DNA from: the human T2T-CHM13v2.0 reference genome, Homo sapiens
NCBI RefSeq assembly: GCF_009914755.1
Contig: NC_060932.1
DNA: 64,000 bases
Strand: one strand, 5' to 3'
The notes beneath the pieces are model-generated. The model did no database searches, was not told the origin of the DNA, and saw only the letters and a program-made list of their open reading frames with translations. Of this stretch, positions 23,331-37,435 are shown in pieces. Positions within the stretch are counted from its first letter, which is position 1; every line of letters starts with the position of its first letter. Position numbers and translations under genes: made by a program.

Positions 23331-26300
23331 GATGAGCTTTCTGTGGAAGTACTTGATGACCCCAAATTGACTACTTTTGCCTCCTTGGACCCCCTAAAAA
23401 CCTTTGTGGCATCTTTAGTAGAGACTGAAATACCACATTTTGGCATTTCAATATCTCATTTCAAAACACATAGTACGTAAGGATTACTACAGACACTTAA
23501 TAGCATTCTGTTGGTGAAAATGAATTATGTTGAAGCCAAGAGCCAGACTGACTGGGGATGACAGGACCTCTTTTGATTCCGCTTGTTGGTTGGATATCGG
23601 ATGACCTGTCGTAGGCAGCAGGCCCTAATTGCAAGATCATGAAAGAAGATCCTCTGGCTCTATGGAGCCAAAGCATATCTGAGTTTCTATGTACACAATA
23701 GCATGTATAAGGTCTGAAGGCAAAAAACAACCTAAGAATAAATGGTCTCTCTCAGAAGAACATCTGGCTCCTTTATAAGAAAAAATTACTGTCAACTCTT
23801 TCCTGGTCACACCAGAAAGAGCAGATGATGCTTTAATCTGTTAAGTTGTGCAAAGATCCCACTTCCCTGGTTCTCCTGGGCATCTCCTGTGTGAATTGGA
23901 CTCTAGAACCTTCATAGAGTGGAAACTCTAATCCTTTAGCCTAGCTCTGGATTTCAGTGTGGTGGGCAGAAAGATCCGAGACAACACAGGCAGAAACAGA
24001 ACTGTGGCTTGGGAAAAGCAATTTCTTTATAGACCTAAGGATGCTATCAATCTCACATGTCAAGGTTGATGTTGCAGACATCATAGTTCCACAAAACTTT
24101 CCCAAAACTGACAGGGAGGAGCCATACCTCTGGAGGACAATGTATTACAGATTGATACCACAGTTGCAGAGGAATAAGGATTTCCAAAAATACCTTCTTT
24201 ATGTAAATAGAAGTGAGAAAGTACTTGCAAAAATTGACAACCCAGGGAATGCTGGTGCATTTAATGTAAAATTATAACTTTTAAAACCTCCTCTGGTCTG
24301 GCAAACTTGATAACGTTTGTCCACTGTGGTAACATTGGCCATGGAGGGTACAACAAGAGCAATGCAGGGCCAAAACTTACTGTTCACCTTCTGGACTTGC
24401 CCAGGTTTGCATGGTCAGGTCTGCAGTCTTGGGCTCCTCTGGGCCAGCTCAGCCCTTGGCTTAGATGTGCATCTTAGTGATGGAAGAATGAGTCAGAGGG
24501 CAGAGGCCCTGTCACAACTACATGGGCACCAAGATAAGGGAATACAGACAACTTAGATATAATACTTAAAGGATGGGATTAATGAGTCACTACTGCCTAA
24601 GCCAAAATGGGCACCGACAGCCTTGCCATTGGCTAGGGTGGGAACAGCAGCACTTGGCAACCATTACTGAGGAAAACACCAATTCTATATGAGAAATGAT
24701 GCAAGGAAGGTTATTATATCCTTTGTCCAAGACTGCTCAGTGCATATTTGAGCCTTTAGCATTGGAGTCTCTTCATTATAAAATATTTTAAGATCATTAG
24801 GTCTGGGCTGTCCCAGGCCTGCCTAGGAAAATCACTTGCAGGCTGTCTTCTCAGTTCCTGTGGCTGCTTTTGCAAAGCTGTAGAGTTAAGATAATGTCAG
24901 ATATGGTGTCAGACTCATTCTAGAACAGATGATGCTGTGTGTGACTCTCCCTTGACTGGAGAGTGATAAGTTAACAGGCAGGTCTTGAGCCTACATGGCT
25001 GGCTTTTTTTTTTTTTTTTTAAGTAGTGGCATGTGTGGAGTTCAAAACTTTTGTTTCAAAGAGACTCACATGCACATGGCTGTTGTTTGTGGCCACTTTG
25101 TGTGCCTGGTGTAGTGGAAAGCCAAAGGAAGCTATGCACTTGAGAAGTTTCTAGGTTCCCAAGTGAGATAAAAACATGGTAGATATACTTTGTCTTAGAT
25201 TTTTAAACCTAGTATATAAACCACTGGATTAACACCTACTCTGCTTCAGAGTTGGTGTATCTGACACTGTCATCAGTTGTGCATGTATACAACGCCCATC
25301 CCAAGATGGTGAGTAGTGGTGGAAACTACCTCTATTGCCTGTGTCTGAGATGCCAGCCTCTCCAAGTTTTGCTTTTGCTCCATTAGATGCACAGAATAAG
25401 ACTAGGTCAGCATTCTCTCTCCCTCCAGATAACTAAGGGTAGAAGAAGCTGGCTTAGCTCTTCTCCTTCTAGGCTCATTCCTGAAGCTGGTTGGGCATCT
25501 GTTAGACAACATTATTCAAAACCGTCTTGCAGATCTCATGTGAGACTGTGTCCCACTTAACGTTGCTGATCTTGGTGGTTTTTCTAGCCATATTTTCATC
25601 TTTATTTGTCCTAAAAATGAAAGGAGGCAGTATAGCCAAGTGCCTCCTTGAACTATTGTGACTAGAACAACCATGTAAGAGCACTTTGCTCTTGACAAAG
25701 CGATGGGTATGGGGTCTAGGTTTGGAAACCTAACTTCTTTTAGTGACTTCTCCCAGCAAGGCTGCAGATGAACAAGTGTAGACAGTGGTGTATCCATCTT
25801 TTGCAGGTATAAGGCTGGCCAGTGCTATGAGGAATTAGACGTGTGTATATTGATCCAACTGACTTTTTTTTTTCTACCTCGTTTAATGAGAAATTAAATC
25901 TCTGACACAAACTATAAGTCAGAAACCTAACGCTTCCTGGGGGCAGTGTGGGCAAGGAAGCTCTTTAGCTCAGTGTTTCTGGTGTGAGTCAGGAAGGCCA
26001 CATCCCAGTCTCCTTCCCATTTTTCTTATAATAAGTCTTGGGGCTTTCAATATCCTCTAGTATGGCAGGAAATTGGTTTTATAAATACCTTCTGCAAGGC
26101 CAGGCTCCAGGAAGAATAGTGCAGAGCAGCACCCTGCAGGGAAAGACTGCAGCTGGGAAGGTCACTGAAGTCGTGCTGTCCTCAACTACGTCTTTACCCC
26201 TTTCACGGGGAAAGTCTGTGGACAAACAGTGGCTACTGGTGACCTAAGAAAGCATAGGTTTAAGGAAAGTCAGGAACGACAAACCCAGAGCAGTTTCTCT

Positions 26301-26863
26301 TTTTAACTGGGGAGGCAAGCGCCCCATCCAACATGGACCCATTGAGTATACGAAAGAAAATGTGCTATGAGAGACTTCCACAGAAGATATAGTTGCCTGT
26401 CAAATTTGAAGAGAGTACTGGCTGAGAATGAAGCAGCTGTCTGCCACTGGGGTCTGAGTTGAGCATGCTTTTTATGTTGGGGATATTCATCTTCGGCTAG
26501 AGTCACAGAGGGAGCACACTGGTTCTTTCATACCACTGAAAAGGCATACGAGGTGCCCTATAAGGATGTGTGTCCCTAGCATTTAGTGTTTTAACTGGCA
26601 CAGAACTGAGGACTCAGTGAAAGAACCTAGATGTGGCTTGAAGTCACTTCTAAACAGGATGTTGCTCTGGGAAATTCTCCATATTCATAGCTTGGTGTTC
26701 TCTGCATCTACCCTATCTCTGCCTAAATATTGATCTTCCTCCTCTTCCCTGGTTAGAGGATTGCAGGGCCTGCAAGTGTCCCCAGACACTCAGATGTGAA
26801 GCAGTTCTGATCCAGGCAGTAAGCTGAAGCCAGTGCCCAAGGATGAGTCTCAGAACCAATGAC

Positions 26864-27122
26864 TACTTGGGACTGTGTCATCCACAGAGAATGAGAGTTC
26901 CTGTTAGAAGCTGTTACATGGGACTATGTCATTCACAGAGAACAAGAGTTGCTGTTAGATGCTGTTACTTGGGACTGTGTCATCCAGAGAGAAGAGTTCC
27001 TGTTAGGTGCTGTTGCGTGGGACTGTGTCATCCATAGAGAAGAGTTCCTGTTAGATGCTGTTACATGGGACTATGTCATCCATAGAGAACAAGAGTTCCT
27101 TTTAGATGCTGTTACATGGGAC
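26864..27122 (+). repeat. 48/51-bp minisatellite, ~5.2 units
   Basis: Consensus TACWTGGGACTRTGTCATCCAYAGAGAA(CAA)GAGTTCCTGTTAGATGCTGT, with unit lengths 51, 51, 48, 48, 51 plus a partial unit. Confidence 0.95.
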
Positions 27123-30100
27123 CAAGTGGCCATCATTCCAGCGTACACTCCTCTCTATAAACAAATGGCTGTAGGAGATACAGATCTCAATACTAGGTGG
27201 GACTAGGTGGAGACATCTCATGAGCTAAAGCTGACTTTGCCTTTTTGGACACCTTAATCTTTAGGGCATCCTCAAACTAAAATACCACTGTTTAGCACTT
27301 TACTTCTTCTTTCTTAAACTATGGAATGATTGTTGCAAAGAAGTCTGGCATCTTACTATAAACTATGAAGCCAAGAGCCAGATTGTGATGTGGAGAGAGC
27401 ATTTCATCTGGTTCCACTTGGGTTGGGTACAGGGTGACCCTGTGCTAACTGGAAATCCAGCAATGGTTCCATTTGTTATATGAGGATAGGGCATAACTCT
27501 GAGGTTTGGTGCACATAAGCGTGCATGTAAGTTGGCCTGCAGCAAAACACAAATACAGGGATGAGTCTCTGATCCTAGAAAAAGACTTGGTTCCTTCCTA
27601 GGAAACAATTTTCTGTGAAATCCTCACTTTAGAAATAGTAGGTGATCCATTCATCTTAGTCCAGCTGAATGATAGTCCTATTTCCCTGATTTTTCATGGG
27701 AGATTTATGTGTGAATTAAAATCTAGATGGTTGATGACCTTTAGTATCATCTTTTAATGTAGCTGCCTCTGCACAGGTATGTGTAACCTTAGCTTCAGTG
27801 TCAAATGTCTGGGGATTTTTTAGTATGAGTTAAAACTATGGGAGAATGGAGTTATGGAAGGAAAGCATGAATGTGCTTACATATACCCATTATGGTGACT
27901 CTGAATTCAAAGATGCAGGACCTGGGTGCCATGGAGGGTAAGAATCATGCCCAGCATGAAAGAGATCTTGTCAGAACGTGAATGTTGGGCTCCAGTGTTC
28001 TCAGTGTGTTTTGATCAAACCATCTTCAAAAGCTGAAACTGAAAATATGGAAATCGCCCTGCTTAAAGGAGTAATCCAGAACACCTCCCCATTAATAACT
28101 AGCTTGTCATGGATCATAAAAAAAAAAAAAACCCATGATTTCCTTGAAGTTTTGTATAACTAGATGAGTTGGGTTCAGCAGAAGTGAGTCTTGGATAGAA
28201 GAATGTTTCAGAGCTTGGGGGCTGAAAGGCAAAGAACTGTCCCATCTTGATCTATTATTTGGGAAAATCAAACTGGATTATGTTTAAAAAAAAGAAAGGT
28301 GGGGGGCATGTTGGAGAAGGGGTGGAAGAGTCAGCTGAGGTGTGATAGAGGTTTTCCTGTGTTTGGACTTTCATGGAAATCTATGGAATCTTCACATCCA
28401 CTGAAGTGTACAGAGTCACCCGTTCCTTAAACTGCTGGGTACAAATGATGTTCTACAGGGCTCAGTGGGCACGAAGTAGTGTATGTGAGCCAGGTATACT
28501 ACTCCCACCCCTCTGTGCTGCTGCTGCTTCTGTGCTTAGATTCAAAGCAGCAGGCACTCTGTGGCTTAGCACTGGTGACTGGCTTCATAAAACTTAAAGC
28601 TTTATAATCAGACATGAGAGCTTCAACAAGCATTTATTTTAAGTCCTACCCCTGACTCCCTCACATTAGTCTTCTCCTAGCAGTAGCAGGAAAATCAGCT
28701 CAATTTGGCTTCCATCCCTATGGAGGTGTCTTACACTATTGCTGTTTCCCTTCTTGGCTTCATAAACTTCTGCAATATCTAGGAGTGGTCACTTGTAGAA
28801 GCCCATGAGTTTTGTTCCTTATTTCCTTTTATTACATCTACTGGCTAGCATCAGCATTCCTATCTTGAATGGTCATCATGGCCAGTCGTATCCCCCCACG
28901 TGGACCAGAGAAGGTAGCCATTCCTGACCTTGATGGTGCCTCATATATATATTTTTTTCTAGGGACCTCAGAGCTAGGCAGACAAACAAGGGATTGCAGA
29001 GCCAGAAATAGAACTGAAGCTCGAAAAAATCCATCTCTTGATAAGCGTGAGAAGGTACTTTTAATCAGTTACATACCAAGGTTCACATAACTACAGACAA
29101 CCAGCACAGCTCTGCAGAATCTGGTTTTATTCCAGAACTGAAACACTTGGCAGGAAAAAAGAGTAGGTACCCCTGGAGGAGACTGCCATTGACTGAACTT
29201 CTGGTTGCAAAGGAAGGAGGACTCTCATAAATCTTGCCACGTAATCAGAATTTGGAAAGAGCTTACAAAAATGATGACATGAGGAGGCATTTTAGATTTA
29301 GTACAAACCAAAATTTTAAAGTTATTAAAACAAATGGGATATTTGTCTTCTATGGCAACACTAGCAGTGCAGGGTTGAATCTTATACTTCCCTTTCTGGT
29401 TACACCCAGGCTCGTGCGGTCAGGTCTTCAGGCTCAGGGGCCAACTTTACCCTCAGCTGAGATGCGCTTTTGTGTAATGAGAAGGCTGAGATCGGGGAGC
29501 CAGAGGCTCTTCATGACTACAGAGGCAGCAGGATGTGAGAACTGCAGACGCTTAGGGAGAAGGTAATGTTTTTCAAGGGATGGGACGAATGGGTCACAGC
29601 CTAAACCAAAATGTACCAAGTGCTCTGCCACTGGACATGAGTGGGGAGGGGTGGCAGCACATGGCAACATTTGACTTTTTTTAGGCCTGTAAGGCTTGAT
29701 ATTTGAGAAGACACATAGTATAATACCCCATTGTCCAGGACAGGTCAATGAAGATGTGAGCCTTTAATGCTGGAATTTCCTCCGTATGAGATTTTGATAA
29801 CATCCTCATCAGGTCAGGACTGACACAGGCCTGCCTAGGAAAATGACTTGGAGACTGTCTCCTTATACTTTTTGTAGCTTACTTGGCCAAGCTACAGAGT
29901 TAAGAATGGTGTTAGCCTTCTTATAGAAGAGACTTGGATAAATTTTTTTTACTTCAATTACAATATTTGATTGCATTAAATCTGTTTTGAGTAGTGACAA
30001 CATTTTGCCAATATTCTAAATTCAAAGAGACTTTTATATTTCAGCCAGGCAGGCTCTAAAGCCATTATCTAAGCCAAGTGTCTCATTCAGATAATAAACC

Positions 30101-33100
30101 TGAAGACAAACCTGTAACTGTCTTGCTGAGGTAGCATGTCTCATGGGATTACTAGCCCTGAATCAATGCTGAGGGTAAAGCAGAGTGCTGTGGAAGGAGC
30201 ATAATTCAGCATCAGACATCTCTAATTCACTGGCTGTATTTCCTGGTATAAAATTCTTATTCTGAATCTGACATCTCACCTGTAAAAAATGGACTAATGG
30301 TCTCTTTATGATTCTGAGTGCTAAAAAATGATTCATGTGGCCTCTTAGGTCAATACCCAGCACAGAATAAGTATTCAATAAATAGAAGCTATTTTTCCAT
30401 TCAATACAATTCTATTCAACATTCTACACCATTATGTTGTCAATTCTTTGTAGATATTTGCATTACTGACCATTAGAATTCTTTTCACAAGATAATAAAA
30501 ACATACCCTCTTACCTATATAAAAGCTTACAACCTTACCAATTAAATGCTACACTGTCTTTAAATTTAAATTTATATGAGCTGATGGAAAGCATTTATGG
30601 AATGCCTTCTATTTCACAAGCTATGTGCCAGCTACCCTAGCCACTCAACTTCATGTACTCAAATCAGTTCATCCAGTGGGCAGTAGCATGCTTTTTAGAT
30701 GAGTATCATGAGATTCAAAGGAATGATAAACATGGCGTAGTATCCTATTGGTGAGTTGCAATCTGAACCAAAGTCTGATAACTTGACATTTTTCCCACTC
30801 TGACGCTATATATAAAAATGATGCTGACCCATCTGATTGACTTAGGGTGCAAACCTTTGGAAAAGTAGGCCAGGTTGGGTCTCTGACTCTAGATCAGAGC
30901 ACTTCTAATTTCTCTTGGTCATTCATTTCATTAAACAATGTTGGAGCCCCTACTGTGAACAAGGACTGTGGATACAAATTTGATCTTTAAGAAGTTCATA
31001 GCCCATAGGCACAGACATTCAATGACTGCATAATCACAATAGTCAATTATTTTTTTGGAAGGCCATGTAACAAATGGGACTTAGGGATTCTCAAATATTT
31101 TGCTTGATTTAAAATCTTAAAAATGAGGAAGTTCCCAGTTGGACAGTCCAGGTGAAGGGTTTAAACATTGTGAGAATATGTGCAAATGTTTAGGAGTAGA
31201 TCAAAGCATCTGATGGGAGGGTTTCATGACCAGCAGACTATTCACAGCTGTGTAAATGGGAAGCTGTTCTGCTCCAGTCAACTGCAAGGTAAAGCTGACA
31301 CCCAAGCATGACTGAGTCACCTATGAGAGCTATGTCATAGAAAAGGTCCCTATAAAATGCCATTACCTAAGACCAAATGGCCACTATTCCAATGTCCATT
31401 GGTATCTTATTTTTCTCATTACTAAAGGACACTGTGATGAGTCCTTTCTAATGAGTAATTTCTCATTGATTGATTGTGCAAGACCTGCTTCTCTTCTTGG
31501 ATCCCATGGTTGCCTAAATCATCTCATGTGTTATTCCACATGACTTGAATTTCCCACTACTCAGTAAATGTGGGTTGGCCCAGAGCACTTTAGCTTCCTT
31601 CTGTAAGCCTTTCAGCTTTCATGTTTCTTGAATACCTTCTGGTATGGGTTTTCATTGTAATTTTGCATAGTTGAACTAGCTTCTGCTACATGATACAATG
31701 CTGCAGAGGCCAGGCATGGAAATGCTGTTGCTGTTATCTTGGCACTGGGGTGACAAGATGCTTTTACATAAGGGAACAACTCAGGCCTAATTGCATTTGA
31801 CAGGCTTCCATGCATCCCTAAATTCTGGTGTCTCATCAATCACTCCAGAGATGAGAATCAATGCAAAATCAAAATCTTGAAGAAAATTGAAAGCAATCAA
31901 CGTGGTCATCTGTGATTTTTCTCTCAAAAAGATGAACTTGAACCATGAACAGTTGACCAACTCCTCCAGCTTTTTGGTATGCAGGATTCCAATGAAGGTT
32001 GGATGAATCCAGCTATATCCTGCATTTTGGATATATAAGTAGCCACATCTAGTTGCAGGTAGTTAATATACACATCACTCACTGATTCTTGCCTTGTGAT
32101 ACCGGGGAGTCTGATAGGAAAACAAGTCAGCTAGGATGGGATTGAGACTTTCCTGTGTTAGACTTAGCAAATGTAGACACAATGGTTACAATTTGCAAGG
32201 GTTCCAAAGATTCACCAATGTCCTCACTGCAGAGTACAAAACATGTTCTACAGGCTTTAAAGGCAACCAGTAGTGTGCATAAGTGATGTCACATATTACC
32301 TAAACCTTCTATTCCTGTGTAATTTGACTCATACACTTATAGCAGCGGGCACTCTACATGAGTAAGCAAAAGTGACTGGCACTAATGGTGATGTCTTATC
32401 ACTCTTCTCAGCTTCTGAGTCTAGAACTTACCCCATTGAAGGTGGAGCTTTCATTCTTAATTTCACTCTTCAAAAGCGATTTGTATATACAAGAAATGTT
32501 TTACTCACCTGAGCCCTGATTTTGTTGAATTGAAGAACTGGCTTGTCCTGACCTAGGTTCTGTTGAGCCACAACATGAAAGTGATGTGACAGGAGTCAAG
32601 GAGGGGGTTTGACTTCTCCAGATGTCGAAGAGTCACCACTAGATATTGCTCTGATGGGGCATGGGTTTTTCCTAATTAAGGCAGGGACAACTAAGATGGC
32701 TATGGGTGGAGTTTAAACATCCATTATGAACACAAAATCCCGGCCAGTAACAAGAGCTCCCCCTTCTGTGATTGTCCCCATGAACAACTGTATTCCCAAG
32801 TGTCCCAGAGAAGCCACCAGGACTGTCTTCCATGCTGCTTTATTTCCTGAGAACTCAGTACTGGGCAGACAGATGGCACCTTCTTGGTGAAAATAAACCA
32901 ATCTTGCTCTTATGAAATTGCAGTTCTATATCTGGGAGGAAAGTCATCTTATATAGATGAGAAGGTAGAGTCAGTTTTATATCAAGGTTCACATAAATGC
33001 AGACTACCAGCACAGGTCAATAGACTTCATTCTTCTAAAACCAGACATTCAGGAGAGAGAAAGCAGGCACCCTGAAAGACATTGTATCATCTACTGAATT

Positions 33101-34431
33101 TTTGGTTGCAGAAGAAGGATTCTCATAAATAAGTACTTGCCTAATTATGTTCCCATGACAGTGCTTGCAAAAATGCTGATATCCCATTTAACACCTTAGT
33201 GCACTAAACCACAATTTCTTAAATATCCTTTAGACAAATTGGATATGTTTGTCTCCTATTAGCAGGTCAGGATTTAATCCTGCAGTTCCCTTTCTGTTGT
33301 AGCCAGGTTTGCATGGTCAGGCCTGCAGGCTCAAGGCTCCTCAGGGGCAGCTCAATCCTGAGCTCCAGATGTGCTGTTGTGCAATGAGATGAATGAGGTC
33401 AGAGCAGGGACTTCTTAACGACTACATTGGGGCCAGGAAGAAGAAAGGAAGACAAATTGGAAGAGGTAAAACTTAAGAAGGAATGGAAGGGTGGCAGGTC
33501 ATAGCTACCTAGTCCAAAATGTGCACCAGCTGCTCTGCCACTGGACATAGGTTGGGAGAGGTAGAACTTGGCAACTTTTGCTGACATACACCAGGCCATT
33601 AAGACTCGGTATGTGAGAAAAGACAGAGTGTCTTTCCATTGTCCAGGACAGGTCAGTACAGATGTGACTTTTTTTTTTTTTTCTTAACCTTGGAGTTTCT
33701 TCATTACAAAAGACCCTCATCAGGTATGGGCTGACCCAAGCCTGTCTAGGAAGACAACCTGCATTGTCTCCTCACTTTGTGTCTGTCTTTGCCAAGCTAC
33801 AAAGTCAAGATAAAGGTGGAGTATTGTTATAGAATAGCCTTTGTGTGGGACTCTCCATTGACTGAGGGAGTTAGTTAAAAGGTAATAGGCAGGTGTTGTG
33901 ATATTGTGACTAAATGGATAGAAAGCAGTAAAAGACCAGTGAGACATGGAGCCCAGAACTTCTGTTTCAAGGTGACCCACATGCATTTAATTCACGTGTG
34001 GATATTCTACCTGGCCTGTGTGTGTGTGAGGTCAAAGAAAGCTGTGAATTGGAAAAGCTTCTGGGTCCTCTAATAAGATGAAGATAATGGAGATGATGTC
34101 CTTCCTGTCCTAGATTTATATTTGGCTAAAGCCAAGAGTGTCTTCTGAGTTTCCACATCTAACCCCAATACTACAGTTGAGCATGTATATGATGCTCATC
34201 CCAGAATGGAGAGTGGCAGTAGAAGTTATCTCAACTGTGTCTGAGTGCTGGGCTCTTGAAGTAACTGTTTTATTTGCCTGAACTAGCTCGAGAAGCTAAG
34301 ACTGTGTTGGCAGCATCTCTTCCCTTCAAATACCTAAGGGTAGGAGAGGTTCACCTGTCTCTGCTCCATCTGAGCTCTTATTCCTGAAGCCAGAGAGGCA
34401 TGTTTCTTTATTGTACAATATGTTCTGAAGC

Positions 34432-34613
34432 CGGGAATAAGGAGTTTAATGGGCAGAGAGTTTCCATCACGATGATAAAGCTTTTGGAAGTGGATAGTGG
34501 CAATAGTTGTACAACATTAAGTGTGCCACTGAGTAGTACACTTGAATGGTTGAGGTGAATTTTATGTCATGCAGAGTTCACCATAACAAAAATGTTAATG
34601 TAATCTTTAAAAA
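34432..34613 (+). mobile_element. L1MB-like 3' end inserted in module D
   Basis: TTTAATGGGCAGAGAGTTTC...GGATAGTGGCAATAGTTGTACAACATT...GCCACTGA...TACACTTGAATGGTT. TSD-like TTCTGAAGCC / TTCTGAAACC. Confidence 0.85.
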
Positions 34614-35993
34614 CCTTCTGAAACCATCTCTTAGATCTCACACAGGATATGACCAGAAGCTAAAGGGAGTCCTCCATGATCTGGTCAATCCTTGCTTTCT
34701 GGACACATTCTCAAAATAGCTTTAGTTGTCTTCAAATGTGCCGCTTTTGAGAGCAAGATGGCATAACAAAGTGCCTCCTTAATGGGTTGTAAAGAAAAGA
34801 ACCATATATTTCACTTGGTCCCCTTCATCCTTGTTCTTGACAACCAGTTATTCTGAAGTTGGTTTGTCTGAAGCTTACTCAGCACTTAAGTACCTGGATG
34901 ATAAATGGAATGAAGACAAGACACAGCAGTTAAAGGAACCAGCAGAGATTAAGGAAGTGTTAGGCCAGAGTTCGTCTGGGGAAAAAATGGGCCCCAGGCT
35001 TGAGATTCCTCTGAGAAAAGGCTTCTTGCCATGCTGGAAAGAATATTTACCTGACAGAATATTTACCTAACTGTTAAACTGCTGTTCAACAGTTTCCAGG
35101 CAGGGCATAATTATCCTTAAAAAAAATGTAGCATCTGTGTCATCTGATGTTGCCAAGAACGTTGTTTTGTGGCTTAATGGCGGGCTGGGTATTAAGTGTC
35201 CTTGGGTCAGCCTGGGAAGCATGAAAGTTGCTTTGTGCTGATAAGCCCTGTTCTCAGCTCATTCATGGCAGAGACTTGAGGCAGAGAAGGGTAGCTGTGT
35301 GGACAGTGGTGTAAGACTTCTAGCCAGACAACAAGCTGTTTAAAACCCCATATTGTGACTCACTTCAACCAAGGGGTTAATAAGATAGTTCTGCAACCTA
35401 CAGATTCCATTAAAGGAAAGGATTTATAAAACTGAAGGCTGTGGAGTGATGTTGAAGGTTGAAGGAAGACATAAGCTCTTAGTCCCTGGAAAGACAACTT
35501 ACCTTCCACAGAAAGCTTATAAACCTGTGGTGCTCATAAGTGGTGAGTTTATCTTTGCCACTTGCCTGGGAAATAGCAAGACTGTCTGCTTGGTCTTGTT
35601 GGTTAATAGAACCAAAATATCATCTGCCATGGGATGCTCAATTGATACACTAAACTAGTTATTTGACTATTGGGTAAGAAGGACTTTTAAGTCTCTAAAT
35701 GATTCATTTTACTGATTCAGTTAACTTATTCCTGTGTGATTAAGATGCATATTTTGTGCTTCTGAGGTTAATTCTCTGCATGTTGACTTACAGTTCTCTT
35801 CAAATATGGAAAAACCGTGGCCAATATTTCAGAGTTTCCTGCCTCTTCTCTCTTCAGATACTCCAATAATGCATCTTTTAGGCTAGAATATGCCCACAAT
35901 TTGTTTTTGTTTTTTTTTTACATTTTCAAGAACATCTTTCTCCATGCTTTTACATATATGTGCATGTTTACATATGGATAAAGGGAGAAAAAG

Positions 35994-36028
<35 letters not shown>

Positions 36029-37276
36029 TCTGGGGTACACGTGTAGAATGTGCAGGTTTGTTACATAGGTATACACGTGCCATGGTGGTTTGCTACACCC
36101 ATCAACCCATCATCTACAATAGGTATTTCTCCTAATGCTATCCTCCTCTAGCCCCCTGCCCCCCTGACAGGCCCCAGTGTGTGATGTTCCCCTCCCTGTG
36201 TCCATGTGTTCTCATTGTTCAACTCCCACTTATGAGTGAGAACATGCAGTGTTTGGTTTTCTCTTCTTGTGTTAGTTTGCTGAGAAGGATGGTTTTCAGC
36301 TTCATCCATGTCCCTGAAAAGGACATGAACTCATCCTTTTTTATGGCTGCCTAGTATTCCATGGTGTATATGTGCCACATTTTCTTTATCCAATATATCA
36401 TTGATGGGCATTTGGGTTGGTTCCAAGTCTTTTGCTATTGGGAATAGTGCCACAATAAACATACATGTGCATGTGTCTTTATAGTAGAATGATTTATAAT
36501 CCTTTGGGTATATACCCAGTAATGGGATTGCTGGGTCAAATGGCATTTCTAATTCTAGATCCTTGAGGAATCGCCACGCTGTCTTTCACAATGATTGAAC
36601 TAATTCGTGCTTCCACCAACAGTGTAAAATCGTTCCTATTTCTCCAAATCCTCTCCAGCATCTGTTTCCTGACTTTCTAACGATCACCATTCTAACTGGT
36701 GTCAGACGGTATCTCATTGTGGTTTTGATTTGCATTTCTCTAATGACCAGTGATGATGAGCTTTTTTTCATATGTTTGTTGACTGCATAAATGTCATCTT
36801 TTGAGAAGTGCCTGTTCGTATCCTTCACCCAGTTTTTGATGGGGTTGTTTGCTTTTTTCTTGTAAATTTATTTGTAGATTCTGGATATTAGCCCTTTGTC
36901 AAATGGATAGATTGCAAAGATTTTCTCCCACTCTGTAGGTTGCCTGTTCACTCTGATGACAGTTTCTTTTGCTGTGCAGAAGCTTTAGTTTAATTAGATA
37001 CCATTTGTCAATTTTGGCTTTTGTTGCCATTGCTTTTGATGTTTTAGTCATGAAGTGTTTGTCCATGCCTATGTCCTGAATGGTATCGCCTAGGTTTTCT
37101 TCTAGGGTTTTTATGGTTTTATGTTTAAGTCTTCAATCCATCTTGAGTTGATTTTTGTATAAAGTGTAAGGAAGGGGTCTAGTTTCAGTTTTGTGCATAT
37201 GGCTAGCCAGTTTTCCCAACACCATTTATTAAATAGGTAATCCTTTCCCCATTTCTTGTTTTTGTCAGGTTTGTCA

Positions 37277-37435
<159 letters not shown>

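Noticed and set aside
22913-23446. Longest ORF (177 aa, minus strand)
   Set aside because: The C-terminal half is antisense Alu translation, and the rest is not conserved in paralogous modules.
26864-27122. CRISPR-like periodicity
   Set aside because: Units are contiguous with no unique spacers, there are no cas genes and the context is primate. It is a minisatellite.
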